A DNA stretch of 64,000 nt from a virus. Within the stretch, counting starts at the first letter, position 1, and every line of letters begins with the position of its first letter. The DNA lies in the IMG/VR virus record IMGVR_UViG_3300044988_000363, one strand, 5' to 3'. The notes under the pieces were generated by a model. The model did not search any database. It was not told the DNA's origin and saw only the letters and a list, made by a program, of their open reading frames with translations. Positions 19,453 to 29,800 of this stretch are shown piece after piece. The position numbers and the translations under genes are program-made.

Positions 19453-20190
19453 TTACCCGATCATATCAGTTGCTGGTAAGCTGTATGAATAAATCATTTC
19501 TTTTTCTAGATCTGCTCTTTCAGCTGTCGCTTCATCATAAATCTTTTGACCGTTAAAGGTTAGACCTCCAGGCATTTTCATGCCTTCAAACTTTTTAAGG
19601 TTTGTTCCCCACTGTTGTTTAATCAAACAAGCTGCATATCTAAGCAACCAACGATCGCTCCAAGCCTTAGTCCAAACATCTGGATCTACAACTTGATACG
19701 CTTCGACAATCAAATAGTTACCAACAGCAATCTGATCCCAAGACATGTCAATATAAAGTCTATTATTATGACGATTATATCGTAGCGGTTGCTGACCTAC
19801 TAACATTTGTTCAAGAAACTGAACATGATTCATAGCCATATAATATGGAACCATTGAAACAGATGTTAGAGTATAAAGGTCGTTAAGAGCAATCTGATAA
19901 CGAATATTGAATAGATTATTAAGACCAAGAGCAGAACCAAGAGGAAAAATGTTTACAGCGCCAATAATATTATCAGGAAGGGCAATATATTTGTTAGATA
20001 TATCTGTTGCATCTATTTGTCTTTTATAATATGTTTTTTCTGAACCATCAAAATGATAATCCCAAAAATAACGCAGAGCTTCGTCGATGCGATCGGAAAC
20101 TTGATCTTCATCAACATTAATTTCAATTACTGGTTTACCTAGTCTTCGAAGACAATTTTCAGTAAATTCTGCTCTTGTTGTCGGAGTCAT
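19453..20190 (-). CDS. gp13: Neck protein
   Basis: LRRLGKPVIEINV, KQQWGTNLKKF, GGLTFNG. Confidence 0.93.
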   Translation of the reverse strand: MTPTTRAEFTENCLRRLGKPVIEINVDEDQVSDRIDEALRYFWDYHFDGSEKTYYKRQIDATDISNKYIALPDNIIGAVNIFPLGSALGLNNLFNIRYQIALNDLYTLTSVSMVPYYMAMNHVQFLEQMLVGQQPLRYNRHNNRLYIDMSWDQIAVGNYLIVEAYQVVDPDVWTKAWSDRWLLRYAACLIKQQWGTNLKKFEGMKMPGGLTFNGQKIYDEATAERADLEKEMIYSYSLPATDMIG

Positions 20191-20209
20191 TTGATTCCCT
20201 TAATCTATT

Positions 20210-20656
20210 TTATGGTATATTTATAGGAAGAGGCACTGGCACTTTATTACTTGCATTAATAGAAAACTCAACAATTGCATTAGCAAAATCTTTAAATTGT
20301 TGAACACTAGTAAATGTATGAATATTCATACCAAAATCTGGCCAATCTAATGTGTTAGAGTTTCCTGGGAATGCATTGTTCATTTGAATATATAAAAGAA
20401 TAGAAGAAATTTTCTGTTGAACCTCGGTGCCATAAGGATAATCGCCATTTAAATCTGGGTTAGAAGCTGATGCAATACTAACTGTCAATGGCGGCATATA
20501 TGGTATAGGATCCGGGTCCTCTACTACATTACCTTCTGCAAGCCAAGCTTGATAATCTGCCCATTCTTCTACATGTTCTGGGCCAATAATCATATTATCA
20601 GAAAGACGAACTACTGCGTCAGTGTCAAATCTTGCTTTATAACCTGTTGTTGACAT
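20210..20656 (-). CDS. Putative tail fibre assembly/chaperone protein
   Basis: VVRLSD...WADYQAWLAEGN motif typical of small fibre-associated proteins; follows the tip gene array. Confidence 0.55.
   Translation of the reverse strand: MSTTGYKARFDTDAVVRLSDNMIIGPEHVEEWADYQAWLAEGNVVEDPDPIPYMPPLTVSIASASNPDLNGDYPYGTEVQQKISSILLYIQMNNAFPGNSNTLDWPDFGMNIHTFTSVQQFKDFANAIVEFSINASNKVPVPLPINIP
20218..20225 (-). promoter_or_regulatory. T4-type late promoter
   Basis: TATAAATA upstream of gp13. Confidence 0.7.
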
Positions 20657-20667
20657 TTTATAATCCT

Positions 20668-21267
20668 TTAATTAAAACCGTAAAGTGTTACTGAACCTGA
20701 AGATAGATTACCGGACTGTGCATTTATTTGCATACCATCGATGGTGTTTGTTATACCGCTTACACCACTAGGCGTTCCATCCCAGAATCCACCACCATGG
20801 TGATAACCGAGATAACCGCTGGTATATAGATATCCTGTAATCCAAAATTCATAATTTTTTATATGAGTTGTTTGTCTTGTATTATATATAATGAATTTAC
20901 CAGAAACACCACCATTAGAATAATTCACAAAATATCCATTATAACACAATGGTATATAAGAATAATCACCACCACCAAAAGAACCACTATTGTTATTGTA
21001 AATACCATACAAAACATGTCTGTAATAATTAAGACCTCTGTAGGCACCCGCAACATAAAAATAACACCATAGTCCAGTGCTTTGTGTGACAGGCAATAGA
21101 TTATTAAACACCAATTCATAGTGATTATATGAAGTATTGAACGCTGGATAAAGAGCAGCACTATTAGATGCAGTGTATTCTGCTATAAATTGTTTATTAC
21201 CATATTGAGTTGTTTGTATGGTTGAATCAGAATATCTTACACCACTGCTGATTGCTGAAGTTGCCAT
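20668..21267 (-). CDS. Putative fibre-tip/adhesin domain protein, paralog 3
   Basis: Shares scaffold TASNS..Y..YE....N / GVSG...IYN.R / DG.Q....GN...G....YG.N with its neighbours. Confidence 0.65.
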   Translation of the reverse strand: MATSAISSGVRYSDSTIQTTQYGNKQFIAEYTASNSAALYPAFNTSYNHYELVFNNLLPVTQSTGLWCYFYVAGAYRGLNYYRHVLYGIYNNNSGSFGGGDYSYIPLCYNGYFVNYSNGGVSGKFIIYNTRQTTHIKNYEFWITGYLYTSGYLGYHHGGGFWDGTPSGVSGITNTIDGMQINAQSGNLSSGSVTLYGFN

Positions 21268-21280
21268 TTATTTTCCTATT

Positions 21281-21892
21281 TTAGTTCCAACCATAGACTC
21301 TTATAGTTCCGGCTTGTATATTTCCTGAACTATAATATATTTGAAAACCATCAAGTTTAGAAGTAGAAGAACTATGTGTTCCACCACCAAAAGTAAGTGC
21401 AGCATAATTTGTCGTATAATCCATTCCGGATAAAACAAAATTATAATTCTTTGAAGAAGAAGTATTACGACAATTTGTGAATCTAATCATTCCACTAACA
21501 CCAGCACTACTACCGTTGAAAGCGTAATTGGAATAAGTTAATGGTATATATCCAACAGAACCGCCAATACCAGCATATCCACTAGCAGGAACAAATGGTG
21601 GGCTACCAGTGGTTGCGTATTGATTGATCCAAACGCCTGTAGAATAATATGTGCCAGAATTAAAACCACCGTCGAAATAATATCGCATATAAAAACCAAC
21701 ATTTAACGTTGCTGACATCATGTTGTAAACAAGCAATTCATAATTGTTATATGAATCACTAAAACCCGTATAAGACAATGAAGCACTACTAGAAGCGGTT
21801 AAAGTTGTAAGAAGAGTTCTAGCGCCTCTTGCTGTAGTCTGAGTTGTTCCGTCAGGAAATGTTACATTAGAGCTTTTTAAACTTGTTGGCAT
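21281..21892 (-). CDS. Putative fibre-tip/adhesin domain protein, paralog 2
   Basis: VTFPDGTTQTTARG N-terminus; same scaffold ending GTIRVYGWN. Confidence 0.65.
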   Translation of the reverse strand: MPTSLKSSNVTFPDGTTQTTARGARTLLTTLTASSSASLSYTGFSDSYNNYELLVYNMMSATLNVGFYMRYYFDGGFNSGTYYSTGVWINQYATTGSPPFVPASGYAGIGGSVGYIPLTYSNYAFNGSSAGVSGMIRFTNCRNTSSSKNYNFVLSGMDYTTNYAALTFGGGTHSSSTSKLDGFQIYYSSGNIQAGTIRVYGWN

Positions 21893-21895
21893 TTA

Positions 21896-22468
21896 TTAAT
21901 TCCATCCGTATATATCTACAGATCCGGAAATTATAGAACCTCCAGTTGGTAGAAATTGTATTCCATCGACTGCAGCATTAGACCCTGACCAAGTAGTTCC
22001 TCCTCCAAACTGCGCTGAATACCCAGCAGTATAATATTTTCCAGCTGCATGAAAAAGAGAAAATTTTACATTTGTTGTTTGGCGGCAATTATACAAAGTC
22101 AAACATCCAGAAACACCACCACCAGCAACATTATACGTATAACTATCAATAACTGCATATGCAGTATAACCGCCTTGTGGGGCCCACCCATTAGAATTAC
22201 TGTTAACCCAACCTGCTGTGTAATATCCTGAAGATTGATAAACTGCACTTACATAATATCTGTAACACAAATAATAACCACTAGTGCACATTACATTATT
22301 CAATACATAATCATAATGATTATATGTATTTGTATGGCCTGTATACTGTATCGAACCAGAATTAGAAGCTGTTATCGTTGTCAAATACTGTCTGGTACCA
22401 CGTGCAGTTGGTTGTAAAGAACCATCTGGAAACGTAACACCAGAATTATTAATTTTTGTTCCTGGCAT
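21896..22468 (-). CDS. Putative fibre-tip/adhesin domain protein, paralog 1
   Basis: VTFPDGSLQPTARG N-terminus; same scaffold ending GSVDIYGWN. Confidence 0.65.
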   Translation of the reverse strand: MPGTKINNSGVTFPDGSLQPTARGTRQYLTTITASNSGSIQYTGHTNTYNHYDYVLNNVMCTSGYYLCYRYYVSAVYQSSGYYTAGWVNSNSNGWAPQGGYTAYAVIDSYTYNVAGGGVSGCLTLYNCRQTTNVKFSLFHAAGKYYTAGYSAQFGGGTTWSGSNAAVDGIQFLPTGGSIISGSVDIYGWN

Positions 22469-22470
22469 AA

Positions 22471-24006
22471 TTAGACCTTACTTTTTAGATCTTCAACTTC
22501 TTTTGCTAGTTGTTTGATAGCTTCGATCAATAATGGAACTATTCTTTCATATTGAACAGTTTTATAGTTTTCACCAGAGATAGATCTTTGAACACCGTCA
22601 ACAGTTTCCACGTCAAAAGGTGCCAATCTAACTACTTGTGGCAGAACTTTTTCTAGTTCTTGTGCCAGTACACCGACTTGATTTGTTTCATTATAACCAA
22701 AAGTTGATGCTAAATCATTACTTCTAAAATTAACTCCAGAAATACTCATAACTTTTTCTAGAGCATTTTCAATTGGTTTAATGTCAGTTTTCAATCTTTC
22801 GTCGGAATAACCACCGACAATATCACCCATGGCATATATGGTAGAGCTACCTTGAGCGGCCATACCAACACCTATAGAATTAAATCTTGAATCTTGCGAT
22901 ATGCTTGTGAAAGTGCCAGCAGAAGTTGCATAGGTGGCATTAGTAGCTGAACCAGCAGAAGTTGCATAGGTGGCATTGGTAGCAGCTGATGCGTTAGTGG
23001 CAGAAGCAGCTGAACCGTTGATGTTAATAGACCAAGTGCCAGAAGCATTAGTACCAGTAGTTGACGGAGCTCCAATTGAGTTATAAGAAATTGTTCTGGC
23101 TGTTCCGCCGTTGAACGTAGTGCCAGAAGCAGCGCCTGCTCCGCCATTATTAAATGTCACTGCTTGAGAAGTCGATCCGGCCGATGTTGCATAAGTAGCA
23201 TTAGTAGCGGCAGAAGCATTCGTAGCCGAAGCAGCTGAACCGTTGATGTTAATAGACCAAGTTCCGGAAGCATTAGTTCCGTCTGTCTTTGGAGCTCCGA
23301 TAGAGTTATATGAGATAACTCTAGCAGTTCCTCCATTAAACGTAGTGCCAGAAATAGCACCAGTTCCATCTGAGGCAAAAGTTAGAGATTGAGAAGTGGA
23401 ACCAGCCGATGTTGCATAGGTGGCATTAGTAGCACTACCAGCACTAGTAGCATAAGTAGCGTTGGTAGCCGAAGCAGCTGAACCGTTAATACTTATAGAC
23501 CAAGTACCAGAGGCGTTAGTGCCAGTAGTTGATGGAGCTCCAATACTATTGTATGAAATGGTAACTGCAGAGCTACCATTAAATGTTGTTCCGGAAGCCG
23601 AACCTGCTCCACCATTATTAATTGTTAATGCATTTGGAACATTGGTAACATTTAAAGTTCTATTAGCGTCGATCGTTCCACCGCCAGACAAACCTGTACC
23701 AGCAGTTATTGAAATTGTGCTATGAGCTATGTGGCGATCTGCTGAATAATTGGAAAGGGAGTTGTGATCTATCGTGCCTTGAGTTGCTGTCTGAACAGTT
23801 CCATAAAAACCAGAAGAAGCATTTACCCAGCCGGTAACACTAGTGTTACCAAGAGCAACTGTGCCAGCAATTGACAATTTATTTGCAGGAGTAGTATTAG
23901 CAATACCAACATTACCATTTGAAGATACAGTCAAAGCTGTTCCTATGGAAACTGAGTTAGTTCCTGTAGATAAGCCATTTTTAACTACGAAATCTTTATT
24001 AGCCAT
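22471..24006 (-). CDS. Tail fibre protein with C-terminal intramolecular chaperone (peptidase S74-like) domain
   Basis: Repeat-rich shaft; YSDERLKTDI...GVLAQE...YERIVPLLIEAIKQL autocleaving chaperone signature. Confidence 0.85.
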   Translation of the reverse strand: MANKDFVVKNGLSTGTNSVSIGTALTVSSNGNVGIANTTPANKLSIAGTVALGNTSVTGWVNASSGFYGTVQTATQGTIDHNSLSNYSADRHIAHSTISITAGTGLSGGGTIDANRTLNVTNVPNALTINNGGAGSASGTTFNGSSAVTISYNSIGAPSTTGTNASGTWSISINGSAASATNATYATSAGSATNATYATSAGSTSQSLTFASDGTGAISGTTFNGGTARVISYNSIGAPKTDGTNASGTWSININGSAASATNASAATNATYATSAGSTSQAVTFNNGGAGAASGTTFNGGTARTISYNSIGAPSTTGTNASGTWSININGSAASATNASAATNATYATSAGSATNATYATSAGTFTSISQDSRFNSIGVGMAAQGSSTIYAMGDIVGGYSDERLKTDIKPIENALEKVMSISGVNFRSNDLASTFGYNETNQVGVLAQELEKVLPQVVRLAPFDVETVDGVQRSISGENYKTVQYERIVPLLIEAIKQLAKEVEDLKSKV

Positions 24007-26010
24007 GGTTCCCTTTCCCCTATGGTTTTATTTTAAATATATTTAGTATTAAAATTAATTATATCCAACAACTCTCATGTTACCTGTAATATTTCCAGAG
24101 GAAGAATATAACTGAATACCAGTAATAGCTCCTGTAGATCCCGTATACCATCCACCACCAAATGCTCGGTGTCCAAATCCAGTAGTATATGCTGCTCCGT
24201 ATACATCCCATCTAAATGATTTATATACAGACGCAACGTTAGCGCCTAATAATTCAATAGTTCCTGCCATACCGCTACCACCTGTCGCTGCGGTGATAAA
24301 GTAACCTGGATATGTTAAATAACAAAAAGTATAAGTGCCGCCATAATATGCACCATTACCATTATTGTACGCAGCTAATGATTCATGATAATAATTACTT
24401 GTTCCAAAAGCGCCGGCAATATAAATTCTCATATATAAAGACTGAGACTGTGTAACTGGCAAAGTGTTCCAGAAATAAACCTTATAATGAGGATAAGAAG
24501 CCCAACCAGTTGATTGCAACGCAGCAGCATTAGTTACGCTCTGATAGTCTAACCCAACGCCTGGATATCCAGAATTGGTTGCATAAGTGGCGTTGGTGGC
24601 GGCTGAAGCATTAGTTGCTGATGCTGCTGATCCATTGATGTTGATAGACCAAGTTCCAGAAGCGTTTGTTCCAGTAGTTGACGGAGCTCCAATTGAGTTA
24701 TAAGAAATTGTTCTGGCTGTTCCGCCGTTGAATGTTGTTCCAGAAGCTGCACCAGCACCACCATTATTGAATGTAACTGCTTGAGTAGTAGAACCAGCAG
24801 ACCCATTAACGTTGATCGACCAAGTTCCAGTATTCAATACATACTGAACAGCATCGCTTCTGAACCAATTTCCAGAAGCGTCTATGTAAGAGTGTCCAAC
24901 AGTGCTACCTGCTCCATAAATTCTAGTAGCACCAGAATTAGTGCTACCGTACCCAATAAACATACCATCGTTATTTGTTGCCGGGTTAGAATTACGAATA
25001 ACTCTTACATTAACGTAGTTATCTGCGTTGCTTACACCGGAAGTACCAGCACTAGTAGCATAAGTAGCATTAGTAGCTGCAGAAGCATTAGTTGCAGAAG
25101 CAGCAGATCCGTTAATGTTGATTGACCAAGTGCCAGAAGCATTAGTGCCAGTTGTTGATGGAGCACCAACAGAATTATAAGAAATAACCCTAGCAGTACC
25201 GCCATTGAAGGTAGTAGTAGCAGCAGCACCAGTTCCATTTGATGCAAACGTTAATGCTTGACCTGTGTTAGCTGTTCCTGCACTAGTAGCATAAGTAGCA
25301 TTAGTAGCTGCAGAGGCATTAGTTGCAGAAGCAGCTGAACCATTGATGTTGATAGACCAAGTTCCACTGTTAATAACAGCCTGTGTGCCATTAATATAAG
25401 TGCCAGTAGTATTAGATAATAAAATGGTTGAAGTATTGGCGTATAATTTTATACCACCAGCAGTAGTAGCAGTTGATAACCATAGATGATTGTTTTCAAT
25501 ACCAGCAGCATAATCCACCGAAGTCGCTGCGATAGCTGGATACAATAGTAATTTTGTTCCTGCCGATCTTGTGGTAACAGCAGGAGCAGCAACGCCAGAA
25601 GTATTCCAACCTATGAAATTACTTGTAGCGTTAGAAAATACAATAGAGTTTGCACCAGCCGAGAATGTTACAGCTCCATCAAATGTGTCAGCTGTATCTG
25701 TTCTAGCATAATTGGCAGCAGCAACGCCGCCTAGATTAGAAGCATTAGTAGCATTTGTGGCCGCTGAAGCGTTAGTAGCAGAAGCAGCTGATCCATTAAT
25801 ATTAATCGACCAAGTGCCAGAAGCATTAGTGCCAGTTGTTGACGGTGCGCCAACAGAATTATACGAAATAGTCTTAGCAGTTCCGCCATTAAATGTATTA
25901 CCAGCAGTATTACCTGTACCATTAGAAGCAAAAGTTAATACTTGAGTTGTATTGGCCGTTCCAGCACTAGTAGCATAGGTAGCGTTGGTGGCAGCGGAAG
26001 CGTTAGTGGC
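22920..26010. repeat. Dispersed ~65-70-codon fibre repeat shared by two fibre genes
   Basis: GAPSTTGTNASGTWSININGSAASATNASAATNATYATSAG occurs 3 times in each gene plus partial copies; 62-bp exact duplicate at 23054-23115 and 24671-24732. Confidence 0.9.
24040..24047 (-). promoter_or_regulatory. Late promoter variant
   Basis: ACTAAATA upstream of the 511-aa fibre gene. Confidence 0.5.
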
Positions 26011-26814
26011 TGATCCAGCTGATGTTGCGTATGTAGCAGAATTGACGTTTAGATTACCTTCAGTTTTTCCATTAACGAATGTTGTATTATTTGCTGAAAG
26101 CGTTCCAATATATGCGCTATTGACATGGACGCCAGTAGCATTTACTACAGTGCCAGTTCCTTGTGTGACAAACAATCCCGTAGTATTAGCTGTTATGCCG
26201 TTGTTTGCCAAAACAGATACAGTACCAGTTGTTGTAATAGTGCCACCGGTAAGACCATTGCCTGTTGCAACTGATGTTACTCCAGCATCGTCTGTTGCCC
26301 AGTAAGTTGCAGTTCCATTCGAATGTAGAACATGTCCAGCAGTACCAAAACCACCATTAGCAGAAAGACCAGAACTACCCATAATAACATTAGCGTTATG
26401 AGTGTGCACTCCGGATATTGTAAATGCAGCAGTAGTGTTTATAACATTAGCTGGTATTTGAGCGTAAGGCAATGTGCCAGTAGTAATATTGGTAGCGTTG
26501 GTATAAAAAGAAGCTAATTGACCGTTCAAATAGGTTGAATTGTTAGCTGTTCCTGCATTAGTAGCATAAGTTGCATTAGTAGCGGCAGAAGCATTGGTAG
26601 CGCTACCAGCAGATGTGGCATAGGTAGCACTATTGACGTTTAGATTGCCTTCAGTTTTTCCATATGGGCCAATAGAATTGGCGACCAGTGTGGCATTGGC
26701 ATAAACGCCAGTAGCATTGGCGGTCAACATAGTAAAGGTTGAATTTGCACCGACCCTTAATTGAGTTGTTGTAAGACTACTGTTTACCGTAGAGTTACCA
26801 ATAAACTCACCCAT
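24055..26814 (-). CDS. Tail fibre protein with C-terminal tip domain homologous to the three small paralogs
   Basis: Ala/Thr/Asn/Gly repeats; C-terminus NTLPVTQS...ITGIQLYSSSGNITGNMRVVGYN matches 20668-22468 proteins. Confidence 0.8.
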   Translation of the reverse strand: MGEFIGNSTVNSSLTTTQLRVGANSTFTMLTANATGVYANATLVANSIGPYGKTEGNLNVNSATYATSAGSATNASAATNATYATNAGTANNSTYLNGQLASFYTNATNITTGTLPYAQIPANVINTTAAFTISGVHTHNANVIMGSSGLSANGGFGTAGHVLHSNGTATYWATDDAGVTSVATGNGLTGGTITTTGTVSVLANNGITANTTGLFVTQGTGTVVNATGVHVNSAYIGTLSANNTTFVNGKTEGNLNVNSATYATSAGSATNASAATNATYATSAGTANTTQVLTFASNGTGNTAGNTFNGGTAKTISYNSVGAPSTTGTNASGTWSININGSAASATNASAATNATNASNLGGVAAANYARTDTADTFDGAVTFSAGANSIVFSNATSNFIGWNTSGVAAPAVTTRSAGTKLLLYPAIAATSVDYAAGIENNHLWLSTATTAGGIKLYANTSTILLSNTTGTYINGTQAVINSGTWSININGSAASATNASAATNATYATSAGTANTGQALTFASNGTGAAATTTFNGGTARVISYNSVGAPSTTGTNASGTWSININGSAASATNASAATNATYATSAGTSGVSNADNYVNVRVIRNSNPATNNDGMFIGYGSTNSGATRIYGAGSTVGHSYIDASGNWFRSDAVQYVLNTGTWSINVNGSAGSTTQAVTFNNGGAGAASGTTFNGGTARTISYNSIGAPSTTGTNASGTWSININGSAASATNASAATNATYATNSGYPGVGLDYQSVTNAAALQSTGWASYPHYKVYFWNTLPVTQSQSLYMRIYIAGAFGTSNYYHESLAAYNNGNGAYYGGTYTFCYLTYPGYFITAATGGSGMAGTIELLGANVASVYKSFRWDVYGAAYTTGFGHRAFGGGWYTGSTGAITGIQLYSSSGNITGNMRVVGYN

Positions 26815-29800
26815 TATTCAACCTCTTCTAATTTAAATTTGAATTTTTTACCATTTTTATTATTTATAATGAAAAGCTCAGTTTCGCCTTCTTGAATGGT
26901 CCAGTTACCAGTGGTTCCATCAATATCATTGCCTTTAGTTCTTTCGTTAGATAGATGTAAGTCGCCCGTGAATACGTTGGCCCATCTCATAGACTGAGAG
27001 CCAAGATTATAGGAGTTGTCTGCTCCTGGCATAACGTTACCACCAATGACTAATTTATCAGCAGGTGCTGTATTTCCAACACCAACATTTCCATTAGAAA
27101 CAAAATACGTTCCAGTACCAATAGTGAATGTATTAGTTGAAGTATTTGTTGTTACAGTAACAGCAGAATTAACGTTGAGATTGCCTTCTGTTTTACCATA
27201 AGGTCCAGTAGTATTACCAATTAAAGTTGTTCCAGCATAATATGAAACGGCGTTAACTACTGTAGCATTAGCAGTAAAGGCAGTTCCTACTGTATGACTA
27301 GCAGCATTAATAATACCAGTGTAAACACCAGTTGAGTTGGCTATTGTAGAAGTTCCAACAGTAAGACTGGCTGCGTTCATAGTTCCAGTATGATACACAC
27401 CAGTAGCATTAGCAATAAGAGATGTACCTACTGTATGAGATGATCCATTAACAACTCCAGTATATACCGGAAGATAAGCAGCGATATTCGCATTCAACGT
27501 AGAATTGAGCTGATAAGAAGCTGCTGCAGTTCCGCCAAGATTGGTTGAGTTATTGGAAGTTAATGCGCTGTTGACATTTAACGAACCTTCTGTTTTACCA
27601 TAAGGACCAGTAGAGTTACCGATAAGAGTAGAACCAACATAATATGTTACTGCGTTAACTACTGTAGCATTGGCAGTAAAAGCAGTTCCTACTGTATGAC
27701 TAGCAGCATTAATTGTAGTTGCATAAAGGCCACTAGAATTAGCAATCGTTGATGACCCTACTGTATGACTGGCAGCGTTTACGGTTCCTGTATGATACAT
27801 ACCACCAATATTAGCAACCAACCAATTTGTAGAAGTATTACCAAGATATAGAGTATTAGCTTGGAAATTGGCTAGTTGAAAAGTAGTATTTGTAGTATCA
27901 ATGTTAACATTAGCATCTGGTTCTGGTTTATAACCATCAAAAACTTTCCAGATACCATCAGAAGCATCTCGAAAAATACCAGAATGGGCGTAACCCAAAG
28001 AATTACCAGTAGTATTATAGTTACCAACTATACCGAGATCTTCGTTGTCTACTGTATTATTTGAATTTAGATAGATAAAGTTATCAACAATAGATAATGT
28101 GTTCGAACCAATAACATTAACATTACCAGAAATAGAAAGACTTCCAGTAAGAGTCAAACTACTAAAAGAAACGTTATCAGTTGTTCTAACGTTTTGATCC
28201 ATACGATAAGGAAGTCTAGCCTCAGCTAAAGTTCCAGTATTAATATTAGATGCATTTGAAGCAAATACTGTAGCATTAGAATAAGCAGTAGCAGCATTAC
28301 CAGTAATTGCAGAATTAGCTGTTGCTATTTTGCCATCTGTATATGATACAGAGTTCGAATAAGCAGTAGCAGCATTACCTGTTATGGCTGAATTTGCTGT
28401 AGCTATCTTACCATCAACGTAGGAAACAGCGTTAGAATAAGCAGTAGCTGCATTACCAGTAATTGCAGAATTAGCTGTTGCTATTTTGCCATCAACGTAG
28501 GAAACAGCGTTAGAATAAGCAGAAACAGCGGCAGATTGCGCTGACGCTGCTCTAGTATTAGCATCTATTGCCCTATCATAAGCATTCTTAACAGTATTCG
28601 CTACAGGAATATATGTAATAGATGTGTTTGTTACAGAATCTAATTTGAGACCATCAACGTAAGACACTGCATTAGTATAAGCTGTCGCCGCATTACCTGT
28701 TATGGCTGAATTTGCTGTTGCTATCTTACCATCAACGTAGGAAACGGCATTAGAATACGCAGAAACTGCAGCTGATTGAGCAGAAGCTGCTCTTGTATTA
28801 GCATCAATAGCTCTGTCGTATGCATTTTTAACTGTATTTGCTACAGGAATATATGTAATAGATGTGTTTGTTACAGAATCTAATTTGAGACCATTAACAT
28901 ATGAAACAGCGTTTGAGTAAGCAGTAGCAGCATTACCTGTTATGGCTGAATTGGCAGTAGCAATTTTGGAATCTGTATAAGATACAGCGTTTGAGTAGGC
29001 CGATGTTGCCGCCGATTGAGCAGAAGCTGCTCTTGTATTAGCATCAATAGCTCTGTCGTATGCATTCTTGACAGTGTTAGCTACAGGGATATATGTAATA
29101 GATGTGTTTGTTACAGAATCTAATTTTAATCCATCAACGTAAGATACAGCATTGCTATAAGCAGCTGATGCGTTACTTGTAATCCAAGATGCAACATTAC
29201 TAATAGTTCCAGAAGAATTGCCAAGATAGGTAGCAGAATTGGCTGCTAAAGTAGCAACATTTCCAGACAAACCAGCAGAAGTTTGATATAGTGAAAGATT
29301 TCCAGAAAGTTGAGCGGTATTAACATAAGATTTACCGTCTACATAAGATACAGCATTGCTATAAGCAGTAGCTGCGTTACCTGTGATCCATGACGATACA
29401 TTCGCAACAGTAGCAGAAGAATTACCAAGATAAGTTGCTGTGTTTGACGTTAACGCATTATTAACATTTAAATTGCTTTCGGTTTTACCATAAGGACCGG
29501 TAGTATTACCAATTAAGGTCGTTCCTGCATAGTATGATACTGCATTAACTACAGTAGAGTTAGCGGTAAAGGCAGTCCCTACTGTGTGTGATGCAGCGTT
29601 AACAATTGATGCGTCTAGCTTGCCAGTGCTTGGAACGTAATACAACTTAGTTGTTGATACAACTGCGTTTGTCCAAGCGCCAGAAGAAGCATTTGAAAGA
29701 CCAATATAGAAAGTCTGAGTGTCTGTATTATTAGCGTTTAATGTAGCGCCAGCAGTAGCCCAATAAGTAGCAGAACCGTTTGAAAGTAAAGACTGTCCTA

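Noticed and set aside
20668-26814. Diversity-generating retroelement or invertase shufflon acting on the tip genes
   Set aside because: No reverse transcriptase, no adenine-specific TR/VR pair, no recombinase or inverted cassettes in the window; paralogs differ throughout
22920-29400. Repeats as a CRISPR array or non-coding satellite
   Set aside because: They are in-frame coding repeats with synonymous variation and no unique spacers
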